Positions 29,709 through 38,180 of a stretch of 64,000 nt of DNA are shown in pieces; position 1 is the first letter of the stretch; each line of letters starts with the position of its first letter. The stretch lies in IMG/VR virus record IMGVR_UViG_3300014204_000002, positions 64,001-128,000 of that record; one strand, 5' to 3'. The DNA comes from a virus. Its lineage: Duplodnaviria > Caudoviricetes. Made by a program: the position numbers and the translations under genes. Below the pieces are notes generated by a model. The model did no database searches. It saw only the letters and a list, made by a program, of their open reading frames with translations, and was not told the origin of the DNA.

Positions 29709-29797
29709 TTTATATAGGAGTAAACACAACTAAATGATGTCAACAACGGAAGTAACAGAAGGAAGACATAGGCAATCTTCTTTCTTTTCTTTTGTTA
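29709..29797 (+). ncRNA. Dispersed promoter-hairpin element, copy 2
   Basis: TTTATATA-N7-ACACAACTAAATGATGT...TAACAGAAGGAAG/CTTTTCTTTTGTTA. Confidence 0.6.
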
Positions 29798-29908
29798 GGC
29801 AAACTTTTGACGCACTCTTCTGGCCCGATTTCCAGTATATAAACATAGTTAAATGAGGCATGACGCGGCTAAGCGAGGCTTTTTAACTCTGGACGACGAC
29901 TCTTTTGT

Positions 29909-30115
29909 ATGGCAATTTATGAGCCTTGTAAATTTTTGAGGTTGCAGGCATGTAGAGGGCGGCCTATTGACTTTACGTTTTGCACCAATTGCGAAGTTAA
30001 TGAGATTATGTATAAGCAGGTGCCAAATTTTGACGATTCGTTCGATTATCATTGCCGCTTTCATGAGTTCCCGCGATCTACGGGCCTGTGTCGCTTTTTC
30101 GAGGCGCAGCGATGA
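29909..30115 (+). CDS. Cys-rich small protein
   Basis: Six Cys including CTNC; promoter TTTTTAAC-TCTGGACGA 29 nt upstream. Confidence 0.6.
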   Translation: MAIYEPCKFLRLQACRGRPIDFTFCTNCEVNEIMYKQVPNFDDSFDYHCRFHEFPRSTGLCRFFEAQR

Positions 30116-30311
30116 CGATTCATTATCATAATTCATTTATTGTAAAGGGGCAATGGTCACAAGATCAAATTGTAAGTGGCGGCACTTCTCACAAGGATGC
30201 ACGGGGTGTATTTGATGGTAATTATATGCGAGAGTATAACACCACTGATAGATTTACATTTGTGCATGAGTACAATGCCGGGAGTGGCGAGTGTTCGGTC
30301 TGGTGGTTAAT

Positions 30312-30734
30312 GTGATTGAGATTTATACGGACGGAGGATGTAGATTAACGCGACCTGATAAACTTGGCGCGTGGAGTTACATTATTATTGGAGACGGATT
30401 TGTTGTTGATAAGCATTCTGGTATAGAATTCGACACAACCGTCAACAGAATGGAGTACACTGGACTTATTATGGCATTACGCGCGTTAAAATGGATTAAT
30501 ATAACCGGGCATGAAATTAAAATCACGTCAGATTCGCAGTTGCTTATAAATCAGGTCACTGGTAAGTGGAATGTCAATGACCCGGTGTTGCAAAACTTAA
30601 GATTCTTGGTGCTTGAGGCGGGTAGCATTTCATTGAAAGATAACCAGGTAGCGTTTATATGGAATCCGCGCGAAAGTAAATGGACGAGTGAATGTGATAA
30701 AATGTGTAACGAAGCAATGGATCAGGTGAGATAA
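30312..30734 (+). CDS. rnhA: Ribonuclease HI
   Basis: IYTDGG, TVNRMEY, ITSDSQL, W.PR...CDKMCN: catalytic D/E/D/D pattern; GTG start overlapping the upstream TGA. Confidence 0.9.
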   Translation: MIEIYTDGGCRLTRPDKLGAWSYIIIGDGFVVDKHSGIEFDTTVNRMEYTGLIMALRALKWINITGHEIKITSDSQLLINQVTGKWNVNDPVLQNLRFLVLEAGSISLKDNQVAFIWNPRESKWTSECDKMCNEAMDQVR

Positions 30735-30871
30735 TGAGTATATGTGAGAAATGTGAGTATTATGATACGTCTGATGAGGAGGAAGAGTGGTGTAATAATT
30801 CCGGTGAGTTATTGGGCGATACGTGTGATAAAGAGGAATGCGACGATTTTCAGGAGCGCGAAAATGATTGA
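30734..30871 (+). CDS. Acidic Cys-rich microprotein (45 aa)
   Basis: MSICEKCEYY...WCNN...CDKEECDDF; TAATG coupling to rnhA. Confidence 0.55.
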   Translation: MSICEKCEYYDTSDEEEEWCNNSGELLGDTCDKEECDDFQEREND

Positions 30872-31346
30872 TTATAAGAAGTTTTTAGATGAGTGTCAGT
30901 TTGGCTTCGAATTGCAGGATAATGGCAATTATTATGCTTGTATAAAGTGCGCAACCAAGAAAGAAACGATTTGGAACATGGCGCAGGTGATATCATACAA
31001 TAACCACGATATGTTCAGGGAGATGTTATACCGTAAAATGGATTATTGTTATTTGTCTATTCCGGGAGAAATAAGTTTTTATGCAGGTGTTAGACCAGAC
31101 TGTGATAAGTTTGCAAGACACCGCGTTGTTAGCAGCCCAGATTTAATTGAGCAGGGATACGAGGAGATGCCTGTTCATTGGTCTGGAGTAAATTGGGCCC
31201 GAAAATGGCTGTCGGTTAATGAGTATAAGGCGCTTATAATTGACGCAATTGAGACCTCGTTAGTTGAATATGCTGACGAAATAAAGAACAAGGAGTTATA
31301 CAGGGAGAAAGGCGCCGTATTCGAGGTGTGCCGCGAAAATGATTGA
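30864..31346 (+). CDS. Hypothetical protein
   Basis: ATG at 30864 after GGAG RBS; in frame with ORF 30744..31346. Confidence 0.6.
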   Translation: MIDYKKFLDECQFGFELQDNGNYYACIKCATKKETIWNMAQVISYNNHDMFREMLYRKMDYCYLSIPGEISFYAGVRPDCDKFARHRVVSSPDLIEQGYEEMPVHWSGVNWARKWLSVNEYKALIIDAIETSLVEYADEIKNKELYREKGAVFEVCREND

Positions 31347-31830
31347 GATTGGGAAAACTTATATTAAGGAGCCGTATGATATCGGTGGCGAGGCATTTGT
31401 TTTTACGCCGAATAGACCTGCCGAGGTGACATATGACAGAATCGAGGAATATGGATGGGCCAATGGAGGAGTTTTTACATCTGGATTTTATTGCGATAAG
31501 TTGGTCGAGAAGGTTCATTTATGGCTTAATAAAGAGACAAACACCTGTATTGAGTTAATTGAGCGCAAAGATTATGAGGTAAATATTGGATTCTTTGGAA
31601 ATGGATGGAAACTCAAGCGCGGGTATATTGAGGGTCCAAGAAAATACACCATCAAGGTAGTGCTGCCAGAGGACTGCATTAATGACATGGTGGCTGGATA
31701 TTTGCTATATTCGTGGGCATATAGAGATTCTATTTTAAATAAATATGGGTTGCCGAAAGGTACAAAGAGACAAATTTTGGAATTTATTGGTGAGAATGTC
31801 GAGTCACAGAAGACCGTTTACGAATGTTAA
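31339..31830 (+). CDS. Hypothetical protein
   Basis: ORF track; GAGGTG RBS; overlaps previous gene. Confidence 0.6.
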   Translation: MIEIGKTYIKEPYDIGGEAFVFTPNRPAEVTYDRIEEYGWANGGVFTSGFYCDKLVEKVHLWLNKETNTCIELIERKDYEVNIGFFGNGWKLKRGYIEGPRKYTIKVVLPEDCINDMVAGYLLYSWAYRDSILNKYGLPKGTKRQILEFIGENVESQKTVYEC

Positions 31831-31872
31831 ATTGCAGTAGTTAACTTTATCTATTTTTACGTTTAATGTTAT

Positions 31873-32112
31873 GTGATGATACATAACAATATTCTCGATA
31901 TGGTAAGTGTTCTAAATAGGCAGTCGATCCTGGTGCTTGAGATGGTGATCAATGGAACGTGGGAAACTGCCGACTTTGATGATCTGAATTCGCTGGATGA
32001 CCTTTATCAGGCAGGTTGGGTTGATGGGATTTCTGACGGCGATTATTGCGTGTGGATCATGACTAATAAAGGCCGAAAATTGTATGATGTGCTGGGCGAT
32101 TTAATCATTTAG
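31873..32112 (+). CDS. Small winged-helix-like protein
   Basis: LDDLYQAGWV...WIMTNKGRKL is a typical wHTH C-terminus. Confidence 0.5.
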   Translation: MMIHNNILDMVSVLNRQSILVLEMVINGTWETADFDDLNSLDDLYQAGWVDGISDGDYCVWIMTNKGRKLYDVLGDLII

Positions 32113-32316
32113 TGTTTCGAGTATTGCGTTAAAGACCATTGATGGTTCACCCATTTTTAGTATAGGGAGTTCAAATTCTTGTTCTATTGACAGTGCCGTG
32201 AGTATTGCGACTATTTCAGAATCAGTGGATGAATCCAGATATTTAAGGTACATGGATTATATGTGTTATTTTACCCTTATTATGTGTTTGGGCGCGTTTG
32301 CTATGTTTATATATGG

Positions 32317-32592
32317 TTAATACCCGGCAGCAATGTAAGCGTCTATGATTTCTTGTGGAGGATCGAGTTTTATGCAGCGCTGTGCAAACGTATAGCCCAT
32401 CATTGTTCCTATTTTGCCGTCACGAATGCTTCTGATGCCAACTCTGTATACGAGTCTGCGATGCTCTAATTCTGATTTGAGATCGAAAATTTTGCACCAG
32501 ACGAACTCGACATTGTTTCTCGATATAAACACGGCATAGTCTCCGATGTTTAGAGGTTGACCTAAAAAGTCTCTTATTTTACGTTGTGACAT
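32317..32592 (-). CDS. Hypothetical protein (SH3-like fold possible)
   Basis: RDFLGQPLNIGDYAVF motif common in small phage proteins. Confidence 0.55.
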   Translation of the reverse strand: MSQRKIRDFLGQPLNIGDYAVFISRNNVEFVWCKIFDLKSELEHRRLVYRVGIRSIRDGKIGTMMGYTFAQRCIKLDPPQEIIDAYIAAGY

Positions 32593-32805
32593 GGATTACC
32601 TGACCCGGAGTATATCGTGTAAGTCCATTCGTCTTCTGAATTGGCGCAACTGGCTTTATATGGGCAGGAAGAGCACTTTCGTTTGAAGCATGGCGGTGCA
32701 TCGTTAATTGACATGCATTAACTTATGGAAGAATAGATATTTAAAAGTTTCGAAAATGGAGGTGATCCATTTGGAGTGTTTTGGTTTTCTGTTTTGTTTT
32801 TTTTT

Positions 32806-33018
32806 TTACTGGGATGCGGCGAGGTTGATGTCTTCTGCGCGAACAGTGGACCGCTTTGCATGGACGGCAAGTTCGGTTGCTCTCTTCGCAAGATCGGTTC
32901 CAATTTCAGCAAGCTTGGTATCGAGGGCGATTGCGGCCTCTTTTGATACACGAGTTACACCGGCGTTCTTCATAAGGCGCACTACTGCGGCCATAGTAAA
33001 GGTTGTGTCGTTTGACAT
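32806..33018 (-). CDS. Archaeal histone (HMf family), 70 aa
   Basis: AAVVRLMKNAGVTRVSKEA...AVHAKRSTVRAEDINLA histone-fold signature; ATG at 33018 about 30 nt after a TTAAATA box. Confidence 0.92.
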   Translation of the reverse strand: MSNDTTFTMAAVVRLMKNAGVTRVSKEAAIALDTKLAEIGTDLAKRATELAVHAKRSTVRAEDINLAASQ

Positions 33019-33043
33019 GATATAATGTTGATTCGGATTGTAT

Positions 33044-33316
33044 TTAAGAGTTTTCATTTTGTTGAGTGGGTTTAGTTGACTTTTCCAATTGGAGTGCGTC
33101 GTGTTCGATGGAGCAACAGCGCTTGCTGGAGTCAGTAGTTTTGAATTGGAGCCCGCAATACTCGCAGTTGTATACGTAGGTTGGATCGTGTCTATGTTCG
33201 TTTGCGCACTGTGCCGAGCAGAAAAGCCCCTTACCGCGCTCAATGTCGCGTGGATAATACTCTCTTGTTATCTGGCAACCAGGATGCTCACACATTCGAT
33301 GTAACTTTATGATCAT
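33044..33316 (-). CDS. Zinc-finger protein
   Basis: CEHPGC...RGKGLFCSAQC...CEYC...CCS; paralogous to the C-terminus of 46487..47221. Confidence 0.7.
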   Translation of the reverse strand: MIIKLHRMCEHPGCQITREYYPRDIERGKGLFCSAQCANEHRHDPTYVYNCEYCGLQFKTTDSSKRCCSIEHDALQLEKSTKPTQQNENS

Positions 33317-33372
33317 GTATTGTTATTGGCTTGCGAAGGTTATATAAGTTTGGACGAAGAATTATTCTATCA

Positions 33373-33714
33373 ATGAATGATAAGCCGAGTTCGCAGGTTA
33401 AGGGCAAGTTTGTTAGCGAGACTGATAAGGCGATTTGTATCGTGTATTGGGGCAGAAATGAGTGGTTTCCAAAGAGCCAGATAAGTGGTATTAATAAAAC
33501 GGGTGAGGAGGTTACATTTGCTGCACCGGACTGGTTGATAGCCAAGAAGCGCAAGGAGATCGTGTTTGAAGAGGCAGTTGATGCTCCTGCTCCGGTAGTG
33601 GCGCAGAATTGGGCATTTTGTGATGAATGTAAAGAGGACTCGTTTAACATTTGTAAACAGGGCGAGACTTATTTTATACAGTGTGCAAGTTGCGGGAAAC
33701 AGTTGAAATTATGA
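33373..33714 (+). CDS. Protein with C-terminal zinc ribbon
   Basis: ETDKAI...WFPKSQI motif; CDEC...CASC; ATG at 33373 after TATATAAG-TTTGGACGA. Confidence 0.65.
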   Translation: MNDKPSSQVKGKFVSETDKAICIVYWGRNEWFPKSQISGINKTGEEVTFAAPDWLIAKKRKEIVFEEAVDAPAPVVAQNWAFCDECKEDSFNICKQGETYFIQCASCGKQLKL

Positions 33715-34019
33715 TTAGAAATATTCCGTATGAGTATACAGTGGATCGTTATAAGACGAAAGGGATGTGGGCGTATCGATGCGCGGATGAGATCGGCGAG
33801 CAATTGGATGATTTGAAGGAAATGCTGAAAATTCACGAAAGAAAAGGCGAGTGGGTAAACTTTGATGAATTGGAATTGTTGCCAGAGATGATTGCTGATT
33901 TGATCTTGGCACTGGATTTGTATTGTTATTCAGATGGCGTTACTGGCACATGTGTTAATCGTGTTATTGATAGGCGAATTGCTGGTGACGATAGCAAGTA
34001 TAAGAGGTGTGGCTTTTGA
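33711..34019 (+). CDS. MazG-like (degenerate NTP pyrophosphohydrolase) protein
   Basis: ADEIGEQ...EMIADL helical motif; ATGA coupling. Confidence 0.4.
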   Translation: MIRNIPYEYTVDRYKTKGMWAYRCADEIGEQLDDLKEMLKIHERKGEWVNFDELELLPEMIADLILALDLYCYSDGVTGTCVNRVIDRRIAGDDSKYKRCGF

Positions 34020-34022
34020 GGA

Positions 34023-34217
34023 ATGGTGAGTAAGATGCCAGTAGTCACATTTATCTGCGTCAAATGCGGGTATAAGCATCGGTGTGAGGCGAAAACATAT
34101 GATGATTCGTTTTCTGGAGTGCCAGAAAAACCAATGTGCTTTCAAGGATTAATTGATGAAAATGGGGACGATAAATCAGAATTTGAGTATATTACTTGTA
34201 ATTTGGATGAGATTTAA
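34023..34217 (+). CDS. Small Cys-containing protein
   Basis: CVKC...C...PMC. Confidence 0.5.
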   Translation: MVSKMPVVTFICVKCGYKHRCEAKTYDDSFSGVPEKPMCFQGLIDENGDDKSEFEYITCNLDEI

Positions 34218-34410
34218 TGGCTCGTCGTAGGAAGGTGTCGGTGCAGTTTGCGTGGGATATTTGGTGCGTTGGAGCGTTTTGGTTTGGAATTAAAAGTGAT
34301 CCGATTAAGAGGTTGCATATCTTTCCAATGCCATTTGTTGTAATTGTGGTTGAGTGGATAGAAGAGTAAACTTTTCTTGAGTTAGATCAATTTATACATT
34401 TTTGTGATTA

Positions 34411-34642
34411 TTTTCGCTTTGAGAACAGCCCCTTATTATATATTTTACAGTTATTTTCGCTCTGAGATTTTATAACTGTGTAACGGGTTTGGATTGTTGG
34501 TTTTGTGGTGTCTGCGTTGTTTGTTCAGAGCGAAAGTCAGAGCGAAAACACCAACTTTTTCGACGCGAGATTTGTGTAGACGTTTTGGTGGTCTGGATTT
34601 GCGTTTGGAGGCCGTAGAGCGATTAGAATTTTCACTCTGAAA
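34411..34642. promoter_or_regulatory. Cluster of TTTTC(G/A)(C/T)T(C/T)TGA motifs
   Basis: Copies at 34411, 34454, 34525 (rev), 34537 (rev), 34557 (degenerate) and 34629 in a gene-free gap. Confidence 0.55.
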
Positions 34643-34677
34643 TTTTGTGGTTGATTTGCTAGAAAAGTAAAGTGAGT

Positions 34678-34872
34678 TTAGTTAACTGCCGCTGTACAGA
34701 TGAGGCAGGTAGTCATCTCTTTGCCGTTTAATTCAAATTTGGACTGCGAGACGTGGTGGACTTCCTCAAATGCGTCACCATCATCGAGATCGATATACAT
34801 CATTTCGACTTCGTGATCGCCATCTTCGTCCATGTACTGCTGTAATACGGTGATTAATTCGCTACATTTCAT
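34678..34872 (-). CDS. Small acidic hypothetical protein
   Basis: MKCSELITVLQQYM...GDHEV common phage N-terminal pattern; starts just downstream of element copy 3. Confidence 0.6.
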   Translation of the reverse strand: MKCSELITVLQQYMDEDGDHEVEMMYIDLDDGDAFEEVHHVSQSKFELNGKEMTTCLICTAAVN

Positions 34873-34900
34873 AATTTGACCTTCAGGAAAGTGTTAGACC

Positions 34901-34975
34901 TCTATAACAAAAGAAGAAAAGAAGACTCTTCTCTTGTTGGGGTGCATCATTTAGTTGCGTTGATAAATATTTATA
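34901..34975 (-). ncRNA. Dispersed promoter-hairpin element, copy 3
   Basis: TATAAATA-N7-ACGCAACTAAATGATGC...AACAAGAGAAG/CTTCTTTTGTTATAGA on the minus strand. Confidence 0.6.
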
Positions 34976-35122
34976 GTTAATTGTTGAGGTAATTTGATTG
35001 ATGTTAAGTGTAGTTGATTAACTATTATATTGGGAGATATTTTCATGTTGTTAAGATAGGACGTATTAGGATAAATAGTTAATTGTAGGTGGTTTAATAT
35101 ATCTGGACGATAGATATGTATT

Positions 35123-35359
35123 ATGAATGAAGTTAGTGAGAGGTTGAGGAAAATTGAATTGGAACTGGAGGCTGTTCGTGGTATGATTGACGATGGTATA
35201 ACTCATCCACTGAGAGATACTTGCCCTTGTCTTGTTGGGTTTGTAATTAAGCATGGTGATGGTCGCAGGTATGTGAAGAGAGATCTTGATGCGTTGTACA
35301 GTAATGTGGGTGGGAATATTGTCAATGCACTTGAGAAGTTTATTAGGGAACATTCATGA
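35123..35359 (+). CDS. Hypothetical protein
   Basis: Leaderless start 30 nt after TTTAATATA-TCTGGACGA. Confidence 0.6.
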   Translation: MNEVSERLRKIELELEAVRGMIDDGITHPLRDTCPCLVGFVIKHGDGRRYVKRDLDALYSNVGGNIVNALEKFIREHS

Positions 35360-35601
35360 AGTGGATTTATTTGGCTGTTGTGATCGGGTTGTTGACGTTG
35401 GTGGCAGGCTGTACTAGTTATGCTCCTGTTGAGGGCGATGTAGTCGATAAGTATATGGTTGAACCGGGATACAAAGCGTATTACCCAACTTATTATGCGG
35501 TTTACAGGGATGACACAGGACACAGCAATGTGAGGTAGGTATCTGCTGATGTATATGCAAATTCTGAAAAGGGTGTTAGATACAAATGGAGCGCTATATG
35601 A
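35356..35601 (+). CDS. Lipoprotein with in-frame TAG at 35536-35538 (truncated or read through)
   Basis: Signal peptide with lipobox LVAGC; frame continues 20 codons past TAG to a TGA that overlaps the next ATG. Confidence 0.6.
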
Positions 35602-35840
35602 TTGAGTTTGGTGGTTGCTCAATTGAGATGTTGGATTGTGTGAGTAAAAGTATAGAGATTAAGACTTTGTGCAGTCAAGCAAATATGAGGCCAGAAGTAT
35701 TCTTTGAGCAGTTGAATATCATGCTTGAAATGAATAATGTAATTACATGGTTATCGGAGCTAGATACTGTACAGAGAAGGCAGGCTATTGCCGAGATTGA
35801 TGGATTTACAGACGATTTAGCGGAGTATTGGGATGAGTAA
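35598..35840 (+). CDS. Hypothetical protein
   Basis: ATG at 35598 after GGAG. Confidence 0.55.
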   Translation: MIEFGGCSIEMLDCVSKSIEIKTLCSQANMRPEVFFEQLNIMLEMNNVITWLSELDTVQRRQAIAEIDGFTDDLAEYWDE

Positions 35841-36093
35841 ATTGGTGTATGTGAGTGTGGCGATTGTTGCAATTTTATGGATTGTATTTGGGATAGTGGT
35901 TGTTGCTGGTGACAGTTTCGTGATTTATGTCATGGATGAGAACTCGAATGATTTTGTTGAGTTGAATGTTTCGGGAGATAATTTGACTATTAGTGGCAGA
36001 GAGGAGTGTAGAGGTGATATGGCCGGGTACTTTTATGGGAATTTGACAAATGCGACCAAGGTTATACATGTGAGCGGGTTTTTGGAGGAGTAG
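35833..36093 (+). CDS. Small membrane protein
   Basis: N-terminal TM helix; several N-x-S/T sequons (NVS, NLT, NLT, NAT). Confidence 0.6.
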   Translation: MSKLVYVSVAIVAILWIVFGIVVVAGDSFVIYVMDENSNDFVELNVSGDNLTISGREECRGDMAGYFYGNLTNATKVIHVSGFLEE

Positions 36094-36095
36094 AG

Positions 36096-36356
36096 ATGGA
36101 TTTTGAATTAACTCATGATCAGAAACTTGCTGTGAAGGCGCTTGAAAGAGCATTTAGGCAATGTAAAGATGCCAAAGTTTACATTTACAATGATTATGGA
36201 ACGCTGGTTGCATTTGACGGCAATGTAGTGGCTTATGTTGATGATAAAGAATCAGAGTATTCCACTGAATTTAATTTTGGGTATTGCGTAACACATGAGT
36301 ATAATTTGGATTCGTGGGCAGATGATGAGCATTTTATACATTTGGTGGGAAAGTAG
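36096..36356 (+). CDS. Hypothetical protein
   Basis: ORF track; GGAG RBS. Confidence 0.6.
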   Translation: MDFELTHDQKLAVKALERAFRQCKDAKVYIYNDYGTLVAFDGNVVAYVDDKESEYSTEFNFGYCVTHEYNLDSWADDEHFIHLVGK

Positions 36357-36358
36357 AA

Positions 36359-36649
36359 ATGATAAATTGTAGATTTGCAGAGAGGCGTTATTATCAGGGG
36401 CTTGGAAGGAGTGAAGTTGGATGCTTTTATAATTCTGACGGATCGCGCAATTTGAGAGGATCTTGTGCGTTTGATGCATGTGATATGGAGAAAGAAGCAT
36501 CTCGCTATTGTAAATTTTATCAGCCGGTAATAGAGTGCGCATCTAATGTTGAGTTGTTGTTTCTCGATATTGATAGTAGGTTAAAGGATATTGAGTCGAA
36601 TATTAGTGATGTAAGAACGATGATATGCAGGTATAAACATGAAGTGTAA
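36359..36649 (+). CDS. Cys-rich protein with C-terminal coiled coil
   Basis: CRF...C...C...C...CKFY; IDSRLKDIESNISDV heptads. Confidence 0.6.
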   Translation: MINCRFAERRYYQGLGRSEVGCFYNSDGSRNLRGSCAFDACDMEKEASRYCKFYQPVIECASNVELLFLDIDSRLKDIESNISDVRTMICRYKHEV

Positions 36650-37086
36650 GTATTATGAGTTTGCGATTGAACATGGTGTAGAGTATAATTTGTGTAAACA
36701 TCCCGATAAACAAGACCCGGAAAGTGATTTTTGGAGCATGTGCGATTATAATGGGTGTGATGAAAGTGACGAATGATGATAAGTGGGCTGTGTTTATTGT
36801 GATCTTGGTGCTTTTGGGGCTTATGAGTATTGGGATTATGTTGTATAAGGCGCAGTCATGATTGATAAGGGCGAAATTAAGAAGATAGTGAATGAATTGC
36901 TGGGTTATATAGGAAAGCATGATGGCGTGAAGTGGCTATGGGAGCGTATACAGGAGTTATGATGCAGTTAGAGTTGACAGAGGAGGAGTTTGAGTTGATA
37001 ATTGATGCATTTGAACTGGTTGATGGTGAATATACATTCAATTACAAACAACAGGAACTGTATGATAGGTTAGTCGAGATGAGGAA

Positions 37087-37272
37087 ATGAATGTTGGGCC
37101 GAAGCGTTATGAAGGGTGGACTTGTAATGGATGTGATAAAATTGACCCTGAATGGGTAGATGGAGAGATTGTATATTACTGTAATACGATTAATAAGTTT
37201 ATAGATGGTGATACGCCTAAAGAATGCCCTTATATGAAGGTTGATAGTTCGTCCAGATTTTGGAAAATATGA
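37087..37272 (+). CDS. Cys-rich small protein
   Basis: CNGC...YYC...TPKECP. Confidence 0.6.
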   Translation: MNVGPKRYEGWTCNGCDKIDPEWVDGEIVYYCNTINKFIDGDTPKECPYMKVDSSSRFWKI

Positions 37273-37350
37273 TGCGGAAGATGAAATTAAGAATGAGTGC
37301 GAAGTTGCATATGCACACTATATGCGTCGTTAAATGGGAAATTTCTTATC

Positions 37351-37611
37351 ATGATTATTAAGCAGAGTGATATTGAGTGTACGAACTTTGATGATGTTAC
37401 ACAGAGTTGTTACTATGGTATGTATAAGCCGTGTGAAGAGGATTACTTTCACCGCAGCGGAGGAATGCCATATCCGTGCTTTTGTACTATGATTGATTCG
37501 GAAACTATTGGCGACAACACGACCGGAAAGACTCCAAATGTTTGGATTGATATTAAATACGTAGCAGTTTGTTGCAAACATTATACTGATAAGCCAAGAG
37601 CGATAGACTGA
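37351..37611 (+). CDS. Cys-rich small protein
   Basis: ATG at 37351 inside ORF 37297..37611; CTNF...C...C...CFC...CCKHY. Confidence 0.5.
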   Translation: MIIKQSDIECTNFDDVTQSCYYGMYKPCEEDYFHRSGGMPYPCFCTMIDSETIGDNTTGKTPNVWIDIKYVAVCCKHYTDKPRAID

Positions 37612-37853
37612 TTATTAGGTGCGGATTTGTGAGTAATTCGAGTAGTTACAGGGATCAAAGGGGTTTAGTGAGTTCACGAACGCGCTCTTATGGGTGTGCC
37701 GAGGGAGGACATTTGTATATGGTGATAGAGGTGATTGGCTGCTTCTGGGCGATGATGGTAGTCAGGTGGTTATGGATCAGGACGATTTTGCTATCTTTGT
37801 TAAGGAGTATGAGCACAGCCGTGGTTAATAGAACAGTTAAAATGGGTTTAGTT

Positions 37854-38045
37854 GTGGGCGATGAGTTAAAGCCGAGTCCGAGTCCGTTTCCAGGTGCAAT
37901 TCCAAAAGTATCCCAGGCGAGAGATGGCAGTTGGTGGATAGATGCCGTTTGGAATTCTGATGATTGGGCGAGCCAAATAAACATTTCAGTCGGAGGAACA
38001 CAAACTCGTGCTGAAGCAATTGAATTATGGAATAAGAGAGCGTGA
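37854..38045 (+). CDS. Lar (restriction-alleviation)-like protein lacking the usual cysteines
   Basis: ELKPSPSPFPG...TRAEAIELWNKRA matches the ELKPCPFCG...EAIxxWNxR outline. Confidence 0.5.
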   Translation: MGDELKPSPSPFPGAIPKVSQARDGSWWIDAVWNSDDWASQINISVGGTQTRAEAIELWNKRA

Positions 38046-38180
38046 TAAATCTATGAGTTCGTCCAGATGTTTAGATGGTTACTTTAACTTTTTTACGTCC
38101 AGACATACTCGATAACATAATTAATTCGGATCCTCAACGGCTAATATATTTAGACCTATTACAAGGCTCTAATTTTATTC

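Noticed and set aside
32806-33243. 145-aa ORF as an N-terminally extended histone
   Set aside because: The extension overlaps the Zn-finger gene and starts with TTG; a TATA box sits at the right distance from ATG 33018
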